Positions 30,423 to 38,599 are shown, counted from the first letter of the stretch. The stretch is 64,000 nt of DNA from Candidatus Cloacimonadota bacterium (GCA_963676615.1 OY781092.1:512001-576000); one strand, 5' to 3'. Notes: a model not told the origin generated them from the letters alone. A program made the numbers and translations.

Positions 30423-30782
30423 CGCCAGTCTAGGCGAGCAAGCGGGCGAGGCGGGTTAGCAATCATTCAAGCCTCAATTCGTCAAACTTGCTCAAACGAC
30501 TGAAGTTAGCTGGCTGTCCAAAGGATTTAATCTCTTACGAAAGAACTGCCCGACTTGATCTTAAAGCCTTTGCTACAGACACAACGAGCGAGTTTTGCAA
30601 GTTAGAATTTAGGCTTATGATTTGATTTTTTTTGGTGTTACCTTATTTTTGTTCAGGCAAAAAAAGGTAACGAAGAGCCCTTCTGATAAGAGAAAAAAGC
30701 TGCGACGAGGTTTTGCGCGTCACCTAGCCCCATTTCGCAGAACGCTGTTAGAGATGGATTCCCTCTTTTGATGGAATGAGGG
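30423..30782 (+). repeat. dispersed ~360-bp palindromic non-coding element, copy 1
   Basis: direct repeat of 37949-38311; only 4 substitutions over 30451-30676 by manual alignment. Confidence 0.93.
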
Positions 30783-30869
30783 AGAAGTTCAAGAAGCCCA
30801 AGGAACGCTTTAGCGTCTTGGGAAAACACAAGCCCCAAGCCCCCTCATTCCTGCGAAGACAGTAATCCA
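30755..30869. repeat. inverted pair of degenerate REP-like 28-mers (TGGATT...GGAATGAGGG)
   Basis: 30755-30782 matches the reverse complement of 30842-30869 at both ends; internal CCCAAG...CTTGGG hairpin. Confidence 0.65.
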
Positions 30870-30965
30870 GCACCATTTTCGTGCAAAAAAAATAACCCGC
30901 TATTTTGTGTTAGAAAGTCTTTTAAAACGCAGAAAAATTTAAAGCCCGCAAAATATGAAAATTCC

Positions 30966-30994
30966 TTGACGACAAAAGTAATAGATAATATTCT
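30966..30994 (+). promoter_or_regulatory. sigma70-type promoter for the DUF1566 pair
   Basis: TTGACG-17 bp-TATTCT. Confidence 0.5.
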
Positions 30995-31103
30995 GACGGT
31001 GTTTAAGAGTTGAGTTTAACTTTTTTCGCTATTATGTCTCAAAGCGCTAGGTTTTGACTCTTAAATAAGATATGGTGGTTTTTTATAAAAAAAGGAGATA
31101 AAA

Positions 31104-31805
31104 ATGAAAAATAAGTATTTGTTAATTTTATTAGCTTTAATGTTGATTTTTGCTTGTTCAAAATCTACAAGTAGTAACGACGACGATGAGCCAACAACAC
31201 CCACGACACCCACAACTCCCACAACTCCTGGAGGAGGAGATACACCAGAAACACCAGGGTTTAACGGTTCTGATTCGGTCTTTAATTTTACAAAGCTTGA
31301 CGAAGATGGTAAAGAATTGTCAAAAGATGCAACTCAGTGGTATGGCGTGCTGGACAAGACAACAGGGCTGATGTGGGAAGTAAAAACCAACGACGACGGT
31401 TTGCACGATAAAGATAATTATTACAAATGGTACGATAGCAACACAGAAACAAATGGTGGATATGCAGGCAGTAACAGTCAAAGTAACCCTTTGGATTGTA
31501 CACAAGAGTTCGTAGATACGGTGAACGCGGTGAACTACCTCGGCTACAACGATTGGCGTATGCCGACCTTGGAAGAACTTCGCTCGATTGTCGATTATGC
31601 GAAATCCAATCCAGCGATAGATACCGATTATTTCCCCTATACAGAGAGTACTATGTTTTGGACAAGTTATAATTTTGCAGAAGATAATTTTAAAGCGTGG
31701 TACATCTATTTTGATTACGGTGGAAAAGGCAACAACAATAATCTTCTAGGATACAATGCTAAGAATTCTGGCTGTAAAGTGCGTCTTGTGCGTGGGGGGC
31801 AGTAG
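31104..31805 (+). CDS. DUF1566 (Lcl C-terminal, C-type-lectin-like) lipoprotein with Pro/Thr linker
   Basis: IFAC lipobox, (PTT)4 linker, DKTTGLMWEVKT, DWRMPTLEELRSI and VRLVRGGQ C-terminus. Confidence 0.88.
   Translation: MKNKYLLILLALMLIFACSKSTSSNDDDEPTTPTTPTTPTTPGGGDTPETPGFNGSDSVFNFTKLDEDGKELSKDATQWYGVLDKTTGLMWEVKTNDDGLHDKDNYYKWYDSNTETNGGYAGSNSQSNPLDCTQEFVDTVNAVNYLGYNDWRMPTLEELRSIVDYAKSNPAIDTDYFPYTESTMFWTSYNFAEDNFKAWYIYFDYGGKGNNNNLLGYNAKNSGCKVRLVRGGQ
31191..31229 (+). repeat. imperfect 9-bp tandem repeat encoding (PTT)4P
   Basis: CCAACAACA CCCACGACA CCCACAACT CCCACAACT CCT. Confidence 0.8.
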
Positions 31806-31870
31806 AGGTTTTGTCGCTCGTAGCTCTAAACAATAGATAATTTTAATTAACAAAAAAAGGGGAAAATAAG

Positions 31871-32401
31871 ATGAAAAAGATAATTGGAATGTTGATTGTG
31901 GTGCTGGCGATGGTGACTCCGCTGTTTGCACAAGATTACAACTCCGATATGAAAAAAACAACGCCAACAGATAGTTTTAGTATCCATAACGACGGCACGG
32001 TGACTGACAATGAAACAGGGTTAATGTGGAAGATGGCTAGCGAAGGACAAACTTGGAATGCTGGCACAGTTACGGGAAGTGCAACAAAATATGCTTATGC
32101 AAATGTGGAAGCAAGAGTAGATAGTGTTAATGCTGGAACAGCGGGTGAAAATTACACTCATGACGATTGGAGATTGCCAACTATCAAGGAGTTGGCATCG
32201 ATTTCGGAACTGGCAGCTTATAGTCCAGCAATCAATTTGGAAATTTTCCCTAATACTCTTGATTCATTGGTTTTTTGGAGCAGTTCTTTGTGGGAAGGTA
32301 ATGCAGGTTTTGAGTGGTGCGTTGATTTTAAGTATGGCGTCGTCAATAAGTTCGATAAGACTGATTCTTGCTATGTCCGTCTGGTGCGTTCTGCAGAGTA
32401 A
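31871..32401 (+). CDS. secreted DUF1566 (Lcl C-terminal) protein
   Basis: signal peptide; NDGTVTDNETGLMW, DWRLPTIKEL, FWSSS and YVRLVR motifs. Confidence 0.88.
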   Translation: MKKIIGMLIVVLAMVTPLFAQDYNSDMKKTTPTDSFSIHNDGTVTDNETGLMWKMASEGQTWNAGTVTGSATKYAYANVEARVDSVNAGTAGENYTHDDWRLPTIKELASISELAAYSPAINLEIFPNTLDSLVFWSSSLWEGNAGFEWCVDFKYGVVNKFDKTDSCYVRLVRSAE

Positions 32402-32414
32402 TTTGATTGATTTA

Positions 32415-32451
32415 AAAAAAGCACTGTCAAGAAATTTGGCAGTGCTTTTTT
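32415..32451. terminator. bidirectional intrinsic terminator
   Basis: AAAAAAGCACTGTCAA/TTGGCAGTGCTTTTTT inverted repeat. Confidence 0.85.
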
Positions 32452-32561
32452 GTTTTCTTTGATAGTTTTTTTTCGGTTGATTTTGGAAAATCTGTTTGTT
32501 TATAGGGAAGACCAATATCTAATAACTTTTACCTGCTTTGGATCGAGGAACGACAAAGCCT

Positions 32562-33146
32562 TTATTCTGCCAGCAAACTTTTTTCGATAATCTCTAGTTT
32601 TTTGTCGATAGATTCGCCAGAGCCAACATAGATTGGGTGGTGGTAGCAGATGCTGATTTTGCTGAAAGGTTTGGGAATTTTGAGCTTGTCCCACGACGAG
32701 AGTTGCCATGCGGCGCTGCACCGCACTTTGCAGCAGATAATCGGAATTTTCTTTTTTTGAGCGAGATAGACTACGCCCGTTTTGCATTTGTAGGCTGGAC
32801 CTTTCGGACCGTCCACCGCCAAAGCCAGCGATTTGTTGCTTTTGAGCAAACTTTTTAGGGCGAAAATGGAGTTGCGTCCCGACGAGCCTCGCACTGTCTG
32901 AAAGCCAAGAGCTTCCAGCGGACCTGCGATGAGCTGTCCGTCTTTGGAGGCAGAGACCAGCGCCACTTTGTTTTCGTTTTTGTGATGATAGGCAAGCGGA
33001 ACCATATTGCAATGCCAAAAGGCGAAAATTTTGGGCGCATCGTCCTTTGGCTGATTTTCGCATTGCACTCTGCAGGTCGCACACAGCAACTTTATCAGCC
33101 ACGCTCCGCAATGTTTTTCCAAAAAAATCAAGATTTTATTTTTCAT
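32562..33146 (-). CDS. DUF374 / lysophospholipid acyltransferase family protein
   Basis: FAFWH, LVSASKDG, VRGSS, AVDGPKGP and SWDKLKIPKPFS motifs. Confidence 0.88.
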   Translation of the reverse strand: MKNKILIFLEKHCGAWLIKLLCATCRVQCENQPKDDAPKIFAFWHCNMVPLAYHHKNENKVALVSASKDGQLIAGPLEALGFQTVRGSSGRNSIFALKSLLKSNKSLALAVDGPKGPAYKCKTGVVYLAQKKKIPIICCKVRCSAAWQLSSWDKLKIPKPFSKISICYHHPIYVGSGESIDKKLEIIEKSLLAE

Positions 33147-33357
33147 AATTTATCCAGTTGATAGCGCAAGAGTTATTACCGCTTGAGGTGTGTCAATCTT
33201 TTAATTTGCCTTGCTTTTACGAAATGGGCTTTTTTCCCAAGGAACGCGAAAAATTTTACCGACAGAAAATTATTGACACTATTTTTGTGATTTTTCTTTA
33301 TTAGGGGGATTGTGTGAAATTGTTTTTTTTACAAAAAGAAATTGAAGGAGATATTTT

Positions 33358-34560
33358 ATGGAAGGAAAAGTTTTGGTGGCACAGGGCGGTGGACCCACAG
33401 CTGTGATAAATCAGTCGCTTGTCGGAGTGGTTTTGGAATCGCGCAAGTTCTCGCAAGTGACGCGGGTTTATGGCGCGCTAAACGGGCTTGAGGGGATTGT
33501 TGAGGAAAATTTTTTGGACCTGACTCAAGAGACGACTCACAATTTGGAGCAGGTTGCCCTGACTCCTTCGTCGGCTTTGAAATCTACCAGAATAAAGCCC
33601 GATGCGGAATATTGCAAAAAGATTTTTGCGGTGTTGAAAAAATACAATATCCGCTATTTTTTTTACATCGGCGGAAACGACTCGTCGGACACAGTGCGCA
33701 TCGTCAAGCAGGAGGCGCAAAAAGACAACTACGCTTTTCGGGCGATTCATATTCCCAAAACTATCGACAACGATTTGGTCGCCAACGATCACACTCCGGG
33801 CTACGGCTCTGCGGCTCGTTTTGTGGCTCAGGCGTTTATGGGAGCGAATTTGGACAATCGGGCGCTGCCGGGCGTGTATATCGGCGTGGTTATGGGGCGT
33901 CACGCGGGCTGGCTCACGGCTGCCTCGTGTTTGGCGCAAAAATATCCCGACGACGGTCCGCATCTGATTTATCTGCCCGAGCGACCTTTTGACAGGCGAA
34001 AGTTCGTCGGCGATATTATGGAGGTTTACAAAAAGTTTGGTCGTTGTGTGGTGGCTGTTTCCGAAGGAATTGTGGACAAATCGGGCAAGGAGATTATCAC
34101 GAAATTGCAGGAGGTTCAGGAGTGTGACGATCACGGAAATGTGCAGCTTTCGGGCAGCGGAGCGCTTGGCGATTTGCTTGCCGACTATGTGCGCAAAAGC
34201 ACTAATATCACCAGAGTGCGAGCGGACACTTTTGGCTATTTGCAGCGGTCGTTTTTTGGCTGTGTGTCCGACATCGACCAAAACGAAGCCAGAGAGATTG
34301 CTGAGCGGGCTGTGCAGTTTGCGATTTGGCACAAAGTTGACGGCTCGATGAGTATTCAGCGCACAGGATTTTATTCGGTTGACTATAAGTTGCTGGATAT
34401 CAAAGAGGTAGCGGGCAAAACTCGAAAAATGCCCGACGAGTTTATTGGCGAATTCGGCAATCATATCACCCCAGAATTCCGCTACTATTTGCGGCCGCTG
34501 CTTGGTTCTGGCTTCAAGTCGCCAAATCGGTTGCGAGCGCCCAAAGTCGAAAAGTTGTAA
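33358..34560 (+). CDS. 6-phosphofructokinase, probably PPi-dependent
   Basis: QGGGPTAVIN, GGNDS (Asp at the specificity position), PKTIDND and MGR motifs. Confidence 0.85.
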   Translation: MEGKVLVAQGGGPTAVINQSLVGVVLESRKFSQVTRVYGALNGLEGIVEENFLDLTQETTHNLEQVALTPSSALKSTRIKPDAEYCKKIFAVLKKYNIRYFFYIGGNDSSDTVRIVKQEAQKDNYAFRAIHIPKTIDNDLVANDHTPGYGSAARFVAQAFMGANLDNRALPGVYIGVVMGRHAGWLTAASCLAQKYPDDGPHLIYLPERPFDRRKFVGDIMEVYKKFGRCVVAVSEGIVDKSGKEIITKLQEVQECDDHGNVQLSGSGALGDLLADYVRKSTNITRVRADTFGYLQRSFFGCVSDIDQNEAREIAERAVQFAIWHKVDGSMSIQRTGFYSVDYKLLDIKEVAGKTRKMPDEFIGEFGNHITPEFRYYLRPLLGSGFKSPNRLRAPKVEKL

Positions 34561-34617
34561 TTGTAGAAAATTGAATGTGATACGATTTTTTTGCAGTCAA
34601 TCAATAAAAGAGGCAAA

Positions 34618-35715
34618 ATGAAAAAAAAATGTTTAGTCGTAACAGGTGGAGGAGATTGCCCAGGGCTGAATGCGGTCATTCGGGCGATTGTCAAGCGGGC
34701 GTCAACTGAGCCAGATTGGGAGATTTGGGGGAGTATCGACGCGTATTTGGGCGTGTTGCAAAAGCCTTGGCGGCTTATGAAGTTGGACAAAAAAGTGGTT
34801 TCGGGAATCCATGTGCAAGGCGGCACGATTTTGGGAACCACCAACAAGGGCGGTCCTTTTGCTTTTCCGACCAAAAATAGCAACGGCGAAATCGTGCTGG
34901 AGGACAGATCTGACCAGATGATAAAGGAGCTGAAAGAGGCTGGATTTGAAGCAGTTATCAGCATCGGCGGCGACGGCTCGCAAGCCATTAGCCACAAGCT
35001 TTTTGAGAAAGGGCTGAATGTTATCGGCGTGCCAAAAACCATCGACAACGACCTCTCTTGCACAGACTACACTTTCGGATTTTCAACGGCGGTGGATGTT
35101 GCTACAGATGCGATCGACAAGCTGGTGACTACGGCGGCGTCGCATCATCGGGTGTTGATTTTGGAAGTTATGGGCAGAGACGCTGGCTGGATCGCTTTGC
35201 ACAGTTCGCTGGCTGCGGGAGCGGAGATTTGCCTCATTCCCGAAATTCCCTACGATATGCAAATCGTTAAAGCTCGGGTCAAAAAAAGGCTTCGCGAAAA
35301 AGGCTTTTTGATTATCGTCGTTGCCGAGGGCGCCAAGCCAAAAAACGGCACGGTTGTCAGCACAAAAAGCCAGGAGGTTGGGCATATGGACAAAGTTTTG
35401 GGCGGCATCGGTTTGCAACTGGAAAAAGAGCTGCGAGCAGACCCCGAGATTTTGGCGGATGTTCGCACATCGGTGCTTGGGCATTTGCAAAGAGGTGGCA
35501 GACCCAGCGCGTTCGACCGCAATCTAGCTACCGAATTTGGCGCAAAAGCTTTTGAAATGGTGCTCGCCAAAGAGTTCGGCAAAATGGTGGTCATCAATCA
35601 CAAGCGGCTCGAGTCGGTTTGCCTGAGCAAAGCCATCGCCACTTACAATCTGGTCGATAAAAACTCCTCGATGGTCAGAACCGCCAAAGGCGTTGGGATT
35701 TGCTTCGGCGACTAA
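34618..35715 (+). CDS. pfkA: 6-phosphofructokinase, group III, probably ATP-dependent
   Basis: TGGGDCPGLN, GGDGS (Gly at the specificity position), PKTIDND, EVMGRDAG and LGHLQRGG motifs. Confidence 0.85.
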   Translation: MKKKCLVVTGGGDCPGLNAVIRAIVKRASTEPDWEIWGSIDAYLGVLQKPWRLMKLDKKVVSGIHVQGGTILGTTNKGGPFAFPTKNSNGEIVLEDRSDQMIKELKEAGFEAVISIGGDGSQAISHKLFEKGLNVIGVPKTIDNDLSCTDYTFGFSTAVDVATDAIDKLVTTAASHHRVLILEVMGRDAGWIALHSSLAAGAEICLIPEIPYDMQIVKARVKKRLREKGFLIIVVAEGAKPKNGTVVSTKSQEVGHMDKVLGGIGLQLEKELRADPEILADVRTSVLGHLQRGGRPSAFDRNLATEFGAKAFEMVLAKEFGKMVVINHKRLESVCLSKAIATYNLVDKNSSMVRTAKGVGICFGD

Positions 35716-35771
35716 TTCTTAAGCTAAAAATCAAGGCTGAAATTTTGCAGGTTTTTCGTGTTTTCACTTTA

Positions 35772-35783
35772 CAATAATTATTG
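35772..35783. promoter_or_regulatory. putative ArsR operator
   Basis: perfect palindrome CAATAATTATTG about 30 bp upstream of the arsR-like gene. Confidence 0.55.
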
Positions 35784-35815
35784 AAATATTGAACTGTCTT
35801 TTAGCGAGGATGGTT

Positions 35816-36124
35816 ATGAAAATTGAAAAAATCGTAAAAGCTTTTAGCGCGTTGGCGCAAGAGACGAGAGTGAAGATTCTTAAAAAGTTGGTGGAAGTCG
35901 GCACGGACGGAATGTGTCCTTGTCATTTGGTGCAAAAGCTGAAGCTGACGAACTCCAATCTTTCGTTCCATCTGAAAGAGCTGGACAACGCAGGGCTAAT
36001 AAAAAAGCGGAAATCTGGCAAATTTATTTACTACTATGCGGAGTGCGATTTTATTAAATCTATCGGCGATTTTTTGATCGAAGATTGCTGTAAATTCAAG
36101 TGCGAGGGAGGAAATTGTGAGTAA
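35816..36124 (+). CDS. ArsR/SmtB family transcriptional repressor
   Basis: FSALAQETRVKI, CPC motif, SNLSFHLKEL helix and C-terminal EDCC. Confidence 0.9.
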   Translation: MKIEKIVKAFSALAQETRVKILKKLVEVGTDGMCPCHLVQKLKLTNSNLSFHLKELDNAGLIKKRKSGKFIYYYAECDFIKSIGDFLIEDCCKFKCEGGNCE

Positions 36125-37172
36125 AATCCAGAAAGCTGTTGTGCTGATTTTTGCGGTGGCTTTGATTTTTTGCTTGGTGTGGATTTTTGATGTTAGTCTG
36201 AATATTTTTGCGCTTTTTACGATGCTGGCAGATTTTGTCGTTTATCAGCTTTTTGGCTTGTCGTCGCAGACTCAGTTGGCAAAGGCGCTACACTTTTTTA
36301 TCGAAGATGTTGCCAAAATATTTTTCTTGCTCACGACGATGTCAACCGTGGTTTCGTTTTTTCGCAGCAAGCTCGATTCGGCAAAAGTCAAAAGTTACCT
36401 AGAGGGCAAACCGAAGTGGCTGGCGTATATTTTGGCGGTGCTTTTGGGCGCAATCACGCCGTTTTGCTCCTGCTCGTCGATTCCGCTGTTCATCGGATTT
36501 GTGGAAGCTGGCATTCCCTTCGGCATCACGATGGCGTTTTTGATAACCTCGCCGATGATCAACGAAATCGCCATTCTTGTGCTCGCTTCGGCTGTCGGCT
36601 GGCAACTCGCGGTGATTTATGTCCTTACGGGGATGACCATCGGTTTGGTCGGTGGCTTGATTATGGAAAAATTGGGACTGCAAAAACATCTGGAAGATTA
36701 TGTTTACGAAATTCAGCAGGGCAAAAATTCCGCAGGCGACAATCGGCTGCAAACTTTTGGGCAACGCTTGACCTACGCCTTTGGTTATGCCAGGCGGATT
36801 GTCAAAAAAATCTGGCTGTATGTAATCGTCGGCATTGGCATTGGCGCATTTTTGCACGGATTTGTGCCAGAAGAATTTTTCGCCAAATACACCAGTGCGA
36901 GCAACTTTTTCGCCGTGCCGCTGGCAGTGATGTTGGGCATTCCGCTCTATTCCAACGCTACGGGCATAATCCCGATTGCGCAGGCGCTTCTTGGCAAAAG
37001 CGTGCCGATTGGCACAGTTTTGGCGATGATGATGAGTGTGGTCGCCATCAGTTTGCCCGAGATGATAATTTTGCGTAAAGTGTTGAAAATCCGTCTGTTA
37101 GTCTACTTTACGCTTTATTTGTTTTTGGCGTTTAATGTTGTGGGATATTTTTATAATCTGATTTTTAGCTAA
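36117..37172 (+). CDS. DUF318/ArsP-family permease
   Basis: TPFCSCSSIP, FLITSPMINE, GIPLYSNA and ISLPEMIILRKV motifs; translationally coupled to arsR. Confidence 0.88.
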   Translation: MSKIQKAVVLIFAVALIFCLVWIFDVSLNIFALFTMLADFVVYQLFGLSSQTQLAKALHFFIEDVAKIFFLLTTMSTVVSFFRSKLDSAKVKSYLEGKPKWLAYILAVLLGAITPFCSCSSIPLFIGFVEAGIPFGITMAFLITSPMINEIAILVLASAVGWQLAVIYVLTGMTIGLVGGLIMEKLGLQKHLEDYVYEIQQGKNSAGDNRLQTFGQRLTYAFGYARRIVKKIWLYVIVGIGIGAFLHGFVPEEFFAKYTSASNFFAVPLAVMLGIPLYSNATGIIPIAQALLGKSVPIGTVLAMMMSVVAISLPEMIILRKVLKIRLLVYFTLYLFLAFNVVGYFYNLIFS

Positions 37173-37176
37173 AAAA

Positions 37177-37267
37177 TGGCGGAGATGTAGGGATTCGAAC
37201 CCTAGGTACGCGGTGAGCGTACACACGCTTTCCAAGCGTGCTCCTTCAACCACTCGGACACATCTCC
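37177..37267 (-). tRNA. tRNA-Ser(GGA)
   Basis: reverse complement GGAGATGTGTCCGAGTGG...CACGC-TTGGAAA-GCGTG, long variable arm, GTTCGAATC and encoded CCA. Confidence 0.97.
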
Positions 37268-37285
37268 AAAATTTTGCAAAAAAAA

Positions 37286-37663
37286 TCAGCTCTCGGCAAC
37301 GACTTGAGCCAAAGCAATCTCTTTTTCGTGTGAAATACTCAGGTGCAAGTTTTTGACGCCCAAAGCGTCGCAAATTTCTTTCGTTTTTCCGTGCAAAATC
37401 AGGTAAGGGCAATCGTTTTCTGTCTTGGCGACCTCGATTTGCTTTGGAATAACTCCTTGCGAAAATCCAGTTTTGATAGCTTTGCTAAAAGCTTCTTTCG
37501 CCGCAAATCTGGCGGCAAAGTGAATCGCCGGAAAAGATTTAGTCTGGCAATACGAGATTTCGGCAGGAGTAAAAATTTTTTGCAAAAATTTGTCGCCCAG
37601 GCTGCTTATAGAGTTTTCTATGCGAGAAATTTTGACGATGTCGATTCCGATACCAAAAATCAC
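37286..37663 (-). CDS. acpS: holo-ACP synthase (4'-phosphopantetheinyl transferase)
   Basis: GIGIDIV, AARFAAKEAFSKA and LSISHE motifs; GTG start with GGAG RBS (the ORF-track extension to 37765 runs through the tRNA). Confidence 0.93.
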   Translation of the reverse strand: MIFGIGIDIVKISRIENSISSLGDKFLQKIFTPAEISYCQTKSFPAIHFAARFAAKEAFSKAIKTGFSQGVIPKQIEVAKTENDCPYLILHGKTKEICDALGVKNLHLSISHEKEIALAQVVAES

Positions 37664-37686
37664 AAGAGCTACTCCAAACAAAAAAA

Positions 37687-37763
37687 TGGCACGCCCGTAG
37701 GGATTCGAACCCCAAACCTCCTGATCCGTAGTCAGGTGCTCTATCCAATTGAGCCACGGGCGC
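37687..37763 (-). tRNA. tRNA-Arg(ACG)
   Basis: reverse complement GCGCCCGTGGCTCAATTGGATAGAGC-A-CCTGA-CTACGGA-TCAGG...GTTCGAATC...GCCA. Confidence 0.97.
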
Positions 37764-37948
37764 ACTTAATATTTGTGAACAAGCTCCCTAAAGGTGGTTT
37801 TGAGTCAATCTTTTTTTTTGTGATTTTTTTTGCGGCTCTATTTAAGTGGGTGAAAATTGTGTCTTAGCAAACGGGAGGCTTTGTCGCTGGCGCTCCAAAG
37901 CAATTGAAAAGTTACAATTGAAAATTGATAATTACGCCGCCGCCCTCC

Positions 37949-38311
37949 CGCCAGTCTAGGCGAACAAGCGGGAGTGGCGGGTTAGCAATCATTCAAGTCT
38001 CAATTCGTCAAACTTGCTCAAACGACTGAAGTTAGCTGGCTGTCCAAAGGATTTAATCTCTTACGAAAGGACTGCCCGACTTGATCTTAAAGCCTTTGCT
38101 ACAGCCACAACGAGCGAGTTTTGCAAGTTAGAATTTAGGCTTATGATTTGATTTTTTTTGGTGTTACCTTATTTTTGTTCAGACAAAAAAAGGTAACGAA
38201 GAATCCCTCTGATAAGAGAAAAAAAACTCTGCGACGACGTTTTGCGCACCAACCGCCCCCATTTCTCAAAATAGTGTTAGAGATGGATTCCCCCTTTCGA
38301 TGGAACGAGGG
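37949..38311 (+). repeat. dispersed ~360-bp palindromic non-coding element, copy 2
   Basis: direct repeat of 30423-30782. Confidence 0.93.
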
Positions 38312-38564
38312 CAGAGGAAGTAAGCTTTTGGCAAAGCCGAAGAAACCACTTGACTGATTTACATAGCTTTAGAGATTGTGTTCAAATAGAAGATAAATGG
38401 AGTTTGCCTCCTACCTTGCGGTGCGGGTTTTTATCGAATATTCGAGAAGAGAAAACTTTAGAGACATTGACAAGGTTTAAAAGCTTATTTTTTTTGAGAA
38501 AGAAAAAAATGGCGAAAGCAGAAAAAAAACAAGCAAATTTAGTTTTGTTTTATTTTTTTTAGGT

Positions 38565-38599
38565 AGGCAAATTGTATTTTTTACAGTTTGCTTTTTTTT
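38565..38599 (+). terminator. terminator-like hairpin in the infC leader
   Basis: AGGCAAATTGTA/TACAGTTTGCTT stem followed by a T run, about 55 nt upstream of infC. Confidence 0.5.

Noticed and set aside
30405..30461. possible integron attC site (AGCCAAC...GTTAGCA)
   Set aside because: The left box does not fit RYYYAAC and is missing in copy 2; there is no integrase or cassette array.
30104..30838. short ORFs in the repeat-rich spacer (also 38148-38562)
   Set aside because: They have no RBS or motifs, and reading frames are not conserved between the two repeat copies.
31104..32401. complete diversity-generating retroelement
   Set aside because: No reverse transcriptase, Avd or template repeat is present in the window, and the two 3' ends are not adenine-only variants of each other.
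35722..37175. AGCTAAAAA direct repeats as a target duplication or att sites around arsR-arsP
   Set aside because: The 9-bp low-complexity match is expected by chance in this A-rich genome; there is no integrase and no duplicated tRNA 3' end.
37286..37765. 159-aa ORF-track version of acpS
   Set aside because: The N-terminal extension is the tRNA-Arg sequence; the real start is GTG at 37663 with a GGAG RBS.
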